DNA of 64,000 nucleotides from an uncultured Chloroflexia bacterium (GTDB taxonomy: Bacteria; Chloroflexota; Limnocylindria; Limnocylindrales; CSP1-4). The stretch lies in contig CAVURB010000002.1 of assembly GCA_963743815.1 (NCBI GenBank), positions 76,014 to 140,013 of the forward strand, in the 5' to 3' direction. Below the pieces are notes generated by a model, which had not been told where the DNA came from, did no database searches, and saw nothing but the letters and a program-made list of their open reading frames with translations. The position numbers and the translations under genes were made by a program. Positions 21,228-30,529 of the stretch are shown piece by piece. Each line of letters opens with the position of its first letter. Positions within the stretch are counted from its first letter, which is position 1.

Positions 21228-21350
21228 GTGAGGGCGTTCGGACGAGATCACGCGAAGGCGCCGGCGAGCAGCGCAGCGAGCGCGCTCAGACGCGCGTGAG
21301 CGAAGCAGCGCAGACGGCAACGCACGCGTGATCCGTCCCAGTGTCCTCAC
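21228..21350. repeat. Imperfect inverted-repeat element of about 120 bp (REP/MITE-like) between nuoD and nuoH
   Basis: Left arm GTGAGGGCGTTCGGACGAGATCACGCG; reverse complement of the right arm GTGAGGACACTGGGACGGATCACGCG. The core has two AGCAGCGCAG copies. Confidence 0.6.
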
Positions 21351-22597
21351 TTATCGACGCCTCCCATGATGGGATCAAGGCTGGCCATGATGGCCATCGT
21401 GTCGGCGATCAGGTGGCCCGAGGTCATGAGGCCGACGGCCTGGAGGTGGATGAACGAGGGGTCGTGGATGCGCATCCGGAATGGCTGGTCCGTTCCGTCG
21501 CTGACGACGTACGCCGCGTACTGGCCGCGCGGGCCTTCGATCCCGGCATAGGCGCGACCCGGCCGGGGCCGAAGGAGGCGCGGCAACTTGGCCATGACCG
21601 GACCGTCGGGCATCTGGTGGAGGCACTGGTCGATGATCCGAAGGCTCTGCTTGACCTCGTCCATGCGCAGCAGGTAGCGCGCGAGGCAGTCACCCTCGGA
21701 GCGCGTCGGGATGTCGAAATCGAGCTCGGGGTAGACGCTATACGGGTGTGCCCGGCGCACGTCGAAGGGCACGCCGGTCGCGCGCAGGTTGGGTCCCGTC
21801 ATGACCATCCGCAGGGCGGCCTTCGAGTCGATGGTGCCGAGGCCGCGCATCCGTCGGACGAAGATCTCGTTCTCGTTGAGGAGCGCCTGCCCCGCCTCGA
21901 TCTGCTCGGTCGCTCGGCTCATCCAGTCGCCGAGGCGGCTCATGAACTCGTGGTTGAGGTCGCCGTTGACGCCACCGATGCGGAAGTAGTTGAACAGCAT
22001 CCGCTGACCGGTGAGGCTCGCGAGCATGTCCACGATCTCGTCGCGCTCGATGAACGACCAGAGGATCGGCGTCAGGCCACCCAGGTCCAGGGCCATCCAG
22101 CCGAGGAACAGCGAGTGGCTCGCGATCCGGTTGAGCTCGCCTGAGAGGACGCGGATGTACTCCGCCCGCCGCGGGACGTCCACATCGAGCAGCTTCTCGA
22201 AGGCCATCACGCCCGGCCACTCGCAGAAGAGCGAGCTCACGTACTCCAGCGGGTCCAGGTAGCAGATCGCCTGGTGGTAGTCGGCGTTCTCGCACAGCTT
22301 CTCTACGCCGCGGTGGAGGTAACCCAGGACCGGGTCGAGATCGACGACCTTCTCGCCGTCGAGCTTGAGCACGACCCTGAGCACCCCGTGCGTGGAGGGG
22401 TGCTGGGGCCCCATGTTGATGAACATCTCGCCGTCGCCGAGCGTGTAGAACTCGGCCTCGCGCTCGGTGCGCGGCGGGTACGGCGGCACGGGCTCGAAGA
22501 CGCCGAGGTCGCGGTCCAGGGTGACCCGCGGGTCATCGGCGGACTGGTGCGGGGTCTCGTGACGGTGGCCGTCGGTTCGAGGGGGCGTGGCGGTCAT
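21347..22597 (-). CDS. nuoD: NADH-quinone oxidoreductase subunit D
   Basis: NMGPQHPSTHGVLR, GYLHRGVEK, ELNRIASH, EGPRGQ, IADTMAIMASLDPIMGGVDK. Confidence 0.96.
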   Translation of the reverse strand: MTATPPRTDGHRHETPHQSADDPRVTLDRDLGVFEPVPPYPPRTEREAEFYTLGDGEMFINMGPQHPSTHGVLRVVLKLDGEKVVDLDPVLGYLHRGVEKLCENADYHQAICYLDPLEYVSSLFCEWPGVMAFEKLLDVDVPRRAEYIRVLSGELNRIASHSLFLGWMALDLGGLTPILWSFIERDEIVDMLASLTGQRMLFNYFRIGGVNGDLNHEFMSRLGDWMSRATEQIEAGQALLNENEIFVRRMRGLGTIDSKAALRMVMTGPNLRATGVPFDVRRAHPYSVYPELDFDIPTRSEGDCLARYLLRMDEVKQSLRIIDQCLHQMPDGPVMAKLPRLLRPRPGRAYAGIEGPRGQYAAYVVSDGTDQPFRMRIHDPSFIHLQAVGLMTSGHLIADTMAIMASLDPIMGGVDK

Positions 22598-22626
22598 CGG
22601 GTCTCGCTCGTTCTGTGGGTCGCGGG

Positions 22627-23175
22627 CTACGTGCCGGTCCGACGGACCAGCGCCGTCGCGGGCGCGTTCCTCGGAGTGTGGGTCCGCTCCATCGGCCGGA
22701 CACCGGCACCGGGCGAGCGCGCGGCATCGTCAGGCAGGTAGAAGTCCTTGCGGAGCGGGAAGCTCTGGTAGTCGGGCGGCATGTAGATGCGGCGCAGGTC
22801 CCGGTTGCCTTCGAACGTGATGCCGAACATGTCGTAGGCCTCGCGCTCCATCCATTCCGCGCCCTTCCAGAGGAAGGTGGCGGACGGGACGCGAGGGTCG
22901 TCCTGCGACAGGCCGTCGGCGATGACCCGCAGCCAGTCAGGGGTCGTCGGGCTCCAGAGGTGGTAGATGACCTGCATCGATTCGCCCGTATCCACGCCAC
23001 ACAGGTCGGCGAGGAACTCGAACCCGAACTCCGGCTCGTCGTGGAGCGCGGTCAGGACACCGACGACGTCGCCGGCCCCGATGCGGATCTCGGTCTCGTC
23101 ATGCCGCTGGCGGATGGGACCCGCGAGTTGCTCGGCGAACCGGGTCTCCAGCCGGGTCCTGAACGCGCGGTCCAT
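22627..23175 (-). CDS. nuoC: NADH-quinone oxidoreductase subunit C
   Basis: LADLCGVD, AEWMEREAYDMFGITFEG, FPLRKDF. ATG at 23175. Confidence 0.93.
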   Translation of the reverse strand: MDRAFRTRLETRFAEQLAGPIRQRHDETEIRIGAGDVVGVLTALHDEPEFGFEFLADLCGVDTGESMQVIYHLWSPTTPDWLRVIADGLSQDDPRVPSATFLWKGAEWMEREAYDMFGITFEGNRDLRRIYMPPDYQSFPLRKDFYLPDDAARSPGAGVRPMERTHTPRNAPATALVRRTGT

Positions 23176-23177
23176 GT

Positions 23178-23882
23178 CTAGACGTCCTCCGGGACGGTCG
23201 GGCCGATCGCCCGGTCCGGCCACTCGCCGCGGCGGTCCTTGATCAGTTGCTGGAGCTTCATCATCCCGTAGATGAGGCCCTCGGGACGGGGCGGGCAGCC
23301 CGGGACGTACACGTCGACCGGCATGACCCGATCGATCCCCTCCACCGTCGAGTAGCTGCGCTTGTAGCGCCCACCCGAACACGTGCAGTCGCCCATCGCG
23401 ACGGACCACTTGGGTTCCGGCATCTGCTCCCAGAGCCGCACGAGCGGACCAGCCATCTTGGTCGTCAGCGTGCCGGCGACGATCAGCACATCCGCTTGGC
23501 GAGGGCTGGCCCGGAACGGGAACATGCCCCAGCGGTCCATGTCGTTCCTGGACGTCGCCGTGGACATCATCTCGATCGCGCAGCACGCGAGCCCGGATAG
23601 CAGCGGCCAGAGGCTGTTCATCCGGATGAGATCGAGGACGTGGTCCGCGGTCGTCGGGATGACCTCGAGCATGCCGCCCCAGCGGGCGTCGTCTCGACGA
23701 CCGGCGTCCCCCGCCCCGAACTCGGCGAGGTGGGTGATGTCACTCGCGCGGCCACCGTCGTAGGCAGCTGGATCGGCGGCCTGCCAGAGCGTGTTCGGGA
23801 CGACGATCGGGATCGTCAGGTCCGTGGTGCCGTCGGTCGTGGCGACCGCCGTCTCGTCCGGGGATCCGGGCTTCAGTGCCAC
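23178..23882 (-). CDS. nuoB: NADH-quinone oxidoreductase subunit B
   Basis: [43 protein letters not shown]. Confidence 0.95.
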   Translation of the reverse strand: MALKPGSPDETAVATTDGTTDLTIPIVVPNTLWQAADPAAYDGGRASDITHLAEFGAGDAGRRDDARWGGMLEVIPTTADHVLDLIRMNSLWPLLSGLACCAIEMMSTATSRNDMDRWGMFPFRASPRQADVLIVAGTLTTKMAGPLVRLWEQMPEPKWSVAMGDCTCSGGRYKRSYSTVEGIDRVMPVDVYVPGCPPRPEGLIYGMMKLQQLIKDRRGEWPDRAIGPTVPEDV

Positions 23883-24229
23883 GTCAGCGCCCCCTTCCGC
23901 CAGGCGTAGGCAAGGCCCAGCAGCAGGATCGCGACGAAGATCATCATGCTGACCAGGCCGCCCAACAGGAGGTCCTGGAAGGCGATGGCCCACAGGTAGA
24001 TGAAGATGACCTCGATGTCGAACGCCACGAAGAGCAGGGCGTAGATGTAGAAGGAGAGCCCGAAGCGTCCGTGCGTGTCGCCGTAGGTATCGATGCCGGA
24101 TTCGTAGGGCAGGCCCTTGTGCTCGTCACCGCGATTGCGGTGAGAGATGAGCCACGCCGCGCCGATCGTCAGGAAGACGAACGACACGCCCGCGACGGCG
24201 AAGCCGACGACGTACCAGATCCCGGTCAA
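23873..24229 (-). CDS. nuoA: NADH-quinone oxidoreductase subunit A
   Basis: [38 protein letters not shown] start after an AAGGGAG RBS. Confidence 0.93.
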   Translation of the reverse strand: MTGIWYVVGFAVAGVSFVFLTIGAAWLISHRNRGDEHKGLPYESGIDTYGDTHGRFGLSFYIYALLFVAFDIEVIFIYLWAIAFQDLLLGGLVSMMIFVAILLLGLAYAWRKGALTWH

Positions 24230-24341
24230 TTGAACTCCCTTCGAGCGGCGCACCCGTTGATCTGGGCGGTACGCGACTCGGACACGACGACCCTGGAGCG
24301 GCGGGCAGACGAACCCGCGACGGGCCACCTACGCCGCGGTC

Positions 24342-24350
24342 ATTCTAGCA
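24342..24350 (-). promoter_or_regulatory. Extended -10 promoter element upstream of nuoA
   Basis: TGCTAGAAT on the minus strand, about 110 nt upstream of nuoA. Confidence 0.5.
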
Positions 24351-24648
24351 GCGGCTCACGGCGCACCGAGGTGGCGATGCGTGCGCGGGCGCGCTCGCCC
24401 AAGGCGTCGGCTGCAGGGCGGCCGGATCGGCCAGAGGAGGTCGGCAGGGATCCGGACGGTCGACGACCCGGGGTGTCCCGGACACCGGGGTCGGGGAGCG
24501 GAACGCGCCGAGCGCGCGTGCAGGTTCACGTCCCGCTCCCCGGCGGTGGGCCGTGCGACGACCGTGTCGAAGCGTCGCGGTTGGGCCCGCCGAGCGGCAA
24601 TAGGGCATTCGCCCTAGTGGGGATGGATGAGGACGGGTGGGGTCCCGA

Positions 24649-25851
24649 TCAGGTCCGGCCGGGCATCCGGAAGCGGAACAGACCGAGGGGGGACCCGTCG
24701 ACGCCGGGCCAGTCGCGGCCGAAGGCCATGACCCGAAAGCGGCCCATCGCGGCCGGGTCCAGGAGGCGCATCAGCGACGACCGCAGGAGCGTGTAGGTCT
24801 CCATCGTGGTGGCCGGATCGGCCTGGATGGCCTGGAGCCGGTCCTGGATGCCGAGACCCATGAGCGCCTCGGCCTGGGTCGTGATGCCCACCGTGGTCAG
24901 GCCGGCCGCATGCGCCGCGCGCTCCACGGCGGTCACGTCCACGTGGGCCGTGAGGTCCTGGCGACCGATGAACCGGTACGGATCGTCGTGGACGTGGTGG
25001 CGGACGTACGCCCTGAGCGTGCCGTCGCGGCGACGGACCGGGTCGTAGAGCTCCGCGGCGGGGGCGCCGTAATCGATCAGCAGCAGGATGCCGCGGGTCA
25101 GCGGGGCAGCCGCCGAAGCGACCCAGTCGTCGAGGGCGAGGCAGATCTCTCCAGCCTGGCCGTCCACGAGCTCGATCCCGTCGTCGGCGAGGCGGGCGGC
25201 GAGCCCGGAGGTCGACGGTTCGATCTCGACGTCCGCGAAGGCGCCGCCGGCATCGATCGTGACCGCGATCTCGCGGAGGGCCGTGCCTCGTTGACGCACG
25301 CGGTGAACCGGCAGCGCGTCGAGGACCTCGTTGGCGATGACGACGCCCTCGAACGGCTCGTTCGCGGCCGCGGCGTCGACAGCGTCGCCGAAGCCGGCGC
25401 TCGTCAAGCGCTCTCCGAACGCCGCCACGCGGCGCGGATCCACTTCCACCGGCTGGTACCGGATGGCGGCCCGGAACCCGGGATCGTCCACGGCACCCAG
25501 CACCGACAGCGCCAGCGTTCCCGTCCCGGCGCCGTGCTCGCGGATCGTGAAGCGGTCCGACCGTCCGAGCCGCTCCCAGATCTCGCGGAGGCCGCTCGAA
25601 AGCGTGGCTCCGAAGATCGGGTGGAGCTCCGGCGCGGTGAGGAAGTCACCCTCGCGACCCGGCCGTGCCGCCTCCGCGCGGTAGTAGCCGCCATCGGGGT
25701 CGTAGAGGGCGAGCTTCATGAACCGCGCGAACCGCATGGGGCCGTCCCGGCGGATCTCGTCGCGGATGCGCTCGACGAGGCCGGCGTCCTCGCCCACATC
25801 GGAGAGGTCGGTCGGCGGGTCGCGGCGGATCCCGGCGCGAAGGTCGCTCAC
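24649..25851 (-). CDS. SAM-dependent methyltransferase, MidA/NDUFAF7 family
   Basis: GPMRFARFMKLALYDPDGGYY, GDFLTAPELHPIFG, EHGAGTGTLA, IANEVLDALP, LIDYG, GRQDLTAHVD. Confidence 0.9.
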   Translation of the reverse strand: MSDLRAGIRRDPPTDLSDVGEDAGLVERIRDEIRRDGPMRFARFMKLALYDPDGGYYRAEAARPGREGDFLTAPELHPIFGATLSSGLREIWERLGRSDRFTIREHGAGTGTLALSVLGAVDDPGFRAAIRYQPVEVDPRRVAAFGERLTSAGFGDAVDAAAANEPFEGVVIANEVLDALPVHRVRQRGTALREIAVTIDAGGAFADVEIEPSTSGLAARLADDGIELVDGQAGEICLALDDWVASAAAPLTRGILLLIDYGAPAAELYDPVRRRDGTLRAYVRHHVHDDPYRFIGRQDLTAHVDVTAVERAAHAAGLTTVGITTQAEALMGLGIQDRLQAIQADPATTMETYTLLRSSLMRLLDPAAMGRFRVMAFGRDWPGVDGSPLGLFRFRMPGRT

Positions 25852-26900
25852 GACCGGCCGTCCTGTCGCAACGCGAGTCGCAGCCCTGGCCCGACAAGCG
25901 TGTGCCCGCCGAGGACGATCGGGATGGCCGCGTCTGCTGCCGCGCGCGTGAGGTCGCGCAGCCATGGATCCGCGATGCGCTCATGGAGCAGGAGATCGGA
26001 GGCGAAGCGGTCCTCGGCCGGTGGCCACGCGCGTTCGTCGGCGCCCAGGCGGTGGGCGAGCAGGACGCGCGTATCGACGATCGCGGCCTCGCCCAGGCGC
26101 CCGAGCAGCGCGCCGAGTGCGCCGGCTCCGTCGCGGTCCAACAGGGCACCGAGCACGCTCGCGGGTGGGCGCTGTCCGGCGACGCTCGTCCGCAGGCCGC
26201 GCTCCTCCACGAGCGCTCGTGTTCGCGCGGCTCCGACGCGAGCCAACCACGCCAGCGCATCGGGCGAGGTCCGCCCGCTCACGACGATCTCGCCCCGCGG
26301 GTTCGCGACGACTGCGCGAACCGCTCGGAGCCGCTCCTCGACGCGATCCCGGTCCGCGGGCGCGATGGCCGCCCGCCATCGACCCCCGAGCAGCACGAGA
26401 TCCAGCGGTCCATCGATATCGACGCCGAGTCGCCATCGACGGCGCAGGTCGGTGACCTCGACGCCGGCGACCTCCGTGAGCCACCGCGGGAGGGCGTTGT
26501 CGGACGCGAGGTCGGGGAGCGTCGCCAGGACGTCGCGGGCGTTCGCGATGGCCACGATGTCCGCCGAGTAGGCGTTGTTGGCCAGGGCGACCGGTCGGTC
26601 CGCGGCGGCCGTGGCGACGAACCGTCGCCGATCCGCGGCGGTCAGGAGCGGGACCGCGCCCGAGCCGAGGACGATGAGGCCTCCGGCGGGGTGGTCGAGC
26701 GCGATCTCACGCAGTCGGGCGCCGAACGTGCGCTCGTCCAAGGGGCCAGCCGCGATCCAGGCGCTCGTGGCACCGGCGCGGAGGAAACCTTCCCGGTGGA
26801 CCTCGGCGAGCGCCGCCCGGGCCGTCGCGACCGCGCCCGTCAGCGGACCGGCGGCGGACGGCGGTTCCGGGTGCAGGATGACGACCCCGACGTCGGTCAC
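25848..26900 (-). CDS. Conserved hypothetical protein with a CofC/GT-A nucleotidyltransferase-like N-terminal region
   Basis: FGARL, LGSGAVPLL, NNAYSAD, and LGVDIDGPLDL, which resembles the CofC-type DxDxxxDL motif. Coupled to both neighbours by GTGA overlaps. Confidence 0.55.
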   Translation of the reverse strand: MTDVGVVILHPEPPSAAGPLTGAVATARAALAEVHREGFLRAGATSAWIAAGPLDERTFGARLREIALDHPAGGLIVLGSGAVPLLTAADRRRFVATAAADRPVALANNAYSADIVAIANARDVLATLPDLASDNALPRWLTEVAGVEVTDLRRRWRLGVDIDGPLDLVLLGGRWRAAIAPADRDRVEERLRAVRAVVANPRGEIVVSGRTSPDALAWLARVGAARTRALVEERGLRTSVAGQRPPASVLGALLDRDGAGALGALLGRLGEAAIVDTRVLLAHRLGADERAWPPAEDRFASDLLLHERIADPWLRDLTRAAADAAIPIVLGGHTLVGPGLRLALRQDGRS

Positions 26901-27619
26901 GGCAGGCGCCGCGTCGGGAGCGTCGTCTCGACCACGATCCCGTCGCGCCGTTCGACCTTGTAGGCGAGGGCACCGTCACGTTCCGTGACGGCCTCCACCA
27001 GGACGCCGCCATCGAAGACGAGCGCCGCGCCATCGTCGGCGGCGTAGCCATCGGGCAGGTCGCCATCGGCGATGAGCCGGTGGTAGGTCGGTCGTCGCTC
27101 GGCCTCGCCGTCGTAGTGCGGGGAGTGGCTGCCGGCGATCAGCCCCAGACCACCGTGCACGGCCTGGAGCGGCGGGCCGTACGAATCGGTCGTTCCGGAT
27201 CCGAACCAGCAGATGGACCCGGCCGAGATCCCGGCGAGGACGACACCCGCGTCGTGGGCGCGGCGTAGCCCGACATCGACCCCGTGCGCGCCCCAGACCG
27301 CGAGCAGGCTCGCGGTGTTGCCCCCGCCGACATAGATCCCGTCCTGGTCTTGCAGGAAGGCGTCGATATCGGCCACGGTCCGGCTGAACAGGCCGAGATG
27401 CGTGGCGTTCGCGTGCCGGTCGAAGGCGGCATGGAAGCGGCCGATGTAGCCCGCCGCGTCGCCGGTGGCGGTCCCGATGAAGCACACGTTCGGTCGCGCA
27501 GCCCCGCGACGCCCGCGAGCGAGATCCAGGACGAGCCGGTCGATGCCGGTCAGGATCCGCAGGTCATCAGCGTCCGAGAAGCCGCCGCCGCCCATCGCCA
27601 CGATCCATCGTCGAGTCAC
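26897..27619 (-). CDS. pepE: Peptidase E (family S51)
   Basis: AMGGGGFS, FIGTATGD, IYVGGGNT, GISAGSICWF, PHYDGE. Confidence 0.88.
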   Translation of the reverse strand: MTRRWIVAMGGGGFSDADDLRILTGIDRLVLDLARGRRGAARPNVCFIGTATGDAAGYIGRFHAAFDRHANATHLGLFSRTVADIDAFLQDQDGIYVGGGNTASLLAVWGAHGVDVGLRRAHDAGVVLAGISAGSICWFGSGTTDSYGPPLQAVHGGLGLIAGSHSPHYDGEAERRPTYHRLIADGDLPDGYAADDGAALVFDGGVLVEAVTERDGALAYKVERRDGIVVETTLPTRRLP

Positions 27620-27642
27620 GGCCGGAGTGTACGGTTGCCGGC

Positions 27643-28275
27643 GTGGGAGAGCGACGACCGGGACGACGGATCCGAGCCTACGTCGGGCTCGGCGCGAACC
27701 TGGGTGACGCGCGGGGCACGCTCGCCTGGGCGGTGGCGGCGCTCGACCGCCTGCCGGGCGTCCGGGTGCGCGCGGTGTCGCGGTTGTACGCGACGGCGCC
27801 GTGGGGTGTCACGGACCAGCCCGAGTTCCGCAATGCGGTCGTCGCCGTGGACGTGGCCACGCCCGCGAAGATCGCCTCGGCCGAGGCCGCGGCGCTCCGG
27901 GTCCTCGCAGGGCTCAAGGACATCGAGCGCGATGCCGGCCGCCGGCCGGGTCGTCGCTGGGGCCCACGCGAACTCGACCTGGACCTCCTCGTCTTCGGCC
28001 GGCATCGGATCCTCGTGGAGCGGCCGGCAGCCGCTCGCTCGCTGGATGCCGACACCGATCCGTCGAAGGCGGCGCGTGCCCTCGAGGTCCCGCATCGGGA
28101 CGCCGGGGAGCGGCTGTTCGTGCTCGCCCCGCTCTCGGACGTGGCGCCGAGACTCGTCCCACCGGGGTGGTCGATGACGGTGGAGAGGCGCCGGCGCGCG
28201 GTGGCCGCGACCGAGCCACCGGATGCGGTCCGAGTGGTCGGGGATTGGGATCCGCGGTCGGGTCGCTGGCGCTAG
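27643..28275 (+). CDS. folK: 6-hydroxymethyl-7,8-dihydropterin pyrophosphokinase
   Basis: AYVGLGANLGD, YATAPWGVTDQPEFRNAV, RWGPRELDLDLL, VPH, RLFVLAPL. Confidence 0.93.
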   Translation: MGERRPGRRIRAYVGLGANLGDARGTLAWAVAALDRLPGVRVRAVSRLYATAPWGVTDQPEFRNAVVAVDVATPAKIASAEAAALRVLAGLKDIERDAGRRPGRRWGPRELDLDLLVFGRHRILVERPAAARSLDADTDPSKAARALEVPHRDAGERLFVLAPLSDVAPRLVPPGWSMTVERRRRAVAATEPPDAVRVVGDWDPRSGRWR

Positions 28276-29192
28276 GGGGAGACCACTCGGACGCCGATGT
28301 GGTCGTCCTGGTAGGTCGGCGGATCCTCGTAGTGGCGGTACGCCGAGCGGGCGACGAACTCGTTGCTGCCCCACCAGCCGCCCTTCTCGACCTTCTTGGC
28401 TCCCGTATCCGGTCCGGTCGGATCGGTCACTGCGCCCTCGGTGTGGGGGGCAAGCCAGTCCGCGACCCACTCCATCGCGTTGCCGGACATGTCGAGCGCG
28501 CCGACCCAGCTGACCCCGGTCGGGAAGCTGCCGACAGCGACAGCCGCGGTGCTATCGACCACGTTGGCCCTGGTCGGATCCCAGTCGTCGCCCCACGGGT
28601 AGACGGTCGATTCGGGACCGCGGGCGGCGAACTCCCATTGGGCCTCGGTCGGAAGGGCTCCGCCGCGCCACGTCGCGTAGGCCTCGGCCTCGTACCAGGT
28701 GATGCAGCGACGCGGCACGTCCGGGGCGTCATCAGCGCACCGCCTCGGGAACCCGTTGACGTCGAGGTCGCTGATCCACTCCCAGCCCTCGGTGGACCAG
28801 TAGGCCTCCGTGGTGTAGCCGCCGGCGGCCGCGAAGGCGTCGAATGCGGCGTTCGTCACCTCGGTGGTGTCGATCCAGTAGCCCGACGTCAGGGTCACCT
28901 CGTGTGCCGGCTGTTCGTTCGGGAACGCGCTCGCGACCCAGGATGGCGGCGGCGGATCGGCGGCCTCGAGCTCGGCGATAGCGGCGGCATCGGTGCCCAT
29001 CAGGAACGTCCCGGCAGGCACCCAGACCTGGGCCACGCCGGCGGCATCGGTCCGCGTCGCGCCAAGTTCGGGGAGTGGCGTCGGGGCGACGCTCGGGACG
29101 GTCGATGGCTCGGCGGGTGCGCTACCCCCCGGCGACCCTGAGCAGGCGGCGGCGATCAGCGCGATCGGAACGAGCAACGAGAGCAGACGCAT
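28272..29192 (-). CDS. FGE-sulfatase (SUMF1/EgtB/PvdO-fold) domain lipoprotein
   Basis: Lipobox IAAAC and Pro linker; VPAGTFLMG, TTEVTN, LPTEAQWEFAARG, DMSGNAMEWV, KGGWW, IGVRV. Confidence 0.88.
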   Translation of the reverse strand: MRLLSLLVPIALIAAACSGSPGGSAPAEPSTVPSVAPTPLPELGATRTDAAGVAQVWVPAGTFLMGTDAAAIAELEAADPPPPSWVASAFPNEQPAHEVTLTSGYWIDTTEVTNAAFDAFAAAGGYTTEAYWSTEGWEWISDLDVNGFPRRCADDAPDVPRRCITWYEAEAYATWRGGALPTEAQWEFAARGPESTVYPWGDDWDPTRANVVDSTAAVAVGSFPTGVSWVGALDMSGNAMEWVADWLAPHTEGAVTDPTGPDTGAKKVEKGGWWGSNEFVARSAYRHYEDPPTYQDDHIGVRVVSP

Positions 29193-29274
29193 GGGGGCTC
29201 CCCTGGGGGTTGGGGTCGTCGACCCGGTCATGACGGCAGAACGGCCCGCGCGGTTGCGTGGCCCGTGCGCCCGC

Positions 29275-29407
29275 CGCGCCCGCCGTGTACGTCCGTCCTG
29301 GTCTCCCCAGGAATCCCTCGGAACCTGGGCCGCGTGGTTTGGCCCAATTCGCGGCCAGGCCAGTCCCGCCTAGCTGCCACGGGACTGGGACGGCCGATGC
29401 GGGCGCG
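29275..29407. ncRNA. Candidate structured RNA (closing stem plus three hairpins), unassigned
   Basis: CGCGCCCGC/GCGGGCGCG encloses TCCTGG/CCAGGA, CCTGG(G)CCGCG/CGCGGCCAGG and CCAGTCCCG/CGGGACTGG in an intergenic gap of about 340 bp. Confidence 0.4.
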
Positions 29408-29529
29408 GTGAACGTGCACAGGATTCACCACAGGACTAGGAGGGACGATGGCCTCGATCCAGGGGCGGGACCCATCGACCGCGGGCCGCGGGACCTCGAT
29501 CCGGTCGCGGGGCCCGGCGCTCCGACGAC

Positions 29530-30529
29530 TCACCCAAGCCGCAGGTTCGGGATGACCTCGCGCCCGAAGACCTCGATGAACTCGGCCTGGTTGCGGCCCA
29601 CGTTGTGGACGTGGACCTCGTCGTAGCCCATGTCCACGTAGTGCTGGATATGTCGGGTGTGCGCCTCGAGGTCGCTGCTGATCAGCACGCGGTTCTTGAA
29701 GTCCTCGGGGCGGACGAGCTTGGCGATGCCCGCGAAGTCCTCGGGGTTCTTGATGTCCTGCTTGGGGAAGAAGGCCATCCCGCCGTTGGGCCACTCGACC
29801 AGCGCGTTCTCGGTGGCTTCCTCGTCGGTGGGTGCCCAGGACACGTGGATCTGGAGCATCTTGGGGGCCGTGGACGGATCCTTCCCGGCCTCCCGCGCGC
29901 CCTCCTCGAACTTGCCCCAGATCATGCCCATCTTCTCGTCGGCCGCTCCGACCGTGATGATCCCGTCGGCGAACTTGCCGGTCTTCTTGGCGTTGACCGG
30001 GCCGGCGGTGGCGACGTAGACCGGCACGCGCTGGTCGTCGGGCGGGCGGGTGTAGAGCTTGGCCCGCTCCAGCGTGAAGTACTTCCCGTCATGCCGGACG
30101 ACCTCGCCCGTGAACAGCTTGTTGATGACCTCGATGGCCTCGAACATCATCGCGCTGCGGATCGGGCACCTCCGGCCAGACCCCGCCGATGACGTGCTCG
30201 TTGAGCGCCTCGCCGGCGCCGAGCCCGAGATAGAAGCGTCCCGGGTACATCGCACCGAGGGTCGCCGCGGCGTGGGCGATGACCGCGGGGTGGTAGCGGA
30301 AGCCGGGACAGGTCACCGCCGTCCCGAAGCGGAGCGACGTGCGCTGGCCCAGCGCCCCCATGAACGACCAGGCGAATGCGCTCTGGCCCTGGGTGGGGGT
30401 CCACGGGTGGAAGTGCTCGCTGACCATGAAGCCGGCCTCGAAGCCGGCCGCCTCGGCCTGCGCGCACCAGTCGAGCAGGTCGGTCGGGTGGAACTGCTCG
30501 AGCATCGCCGCGTAGCCGATCGTCGTCAT
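29530..30529 (-). CDS. F420-dependent LLM-class oxidoreductase (G6PDH-like); frameshift near 30160
   Basis: GYAAMLEQFHP, VSEHFHPW, GTAVTCP, GLGAGEALNEH, ATAGP, ALVEWP. Confidence 0.88.
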
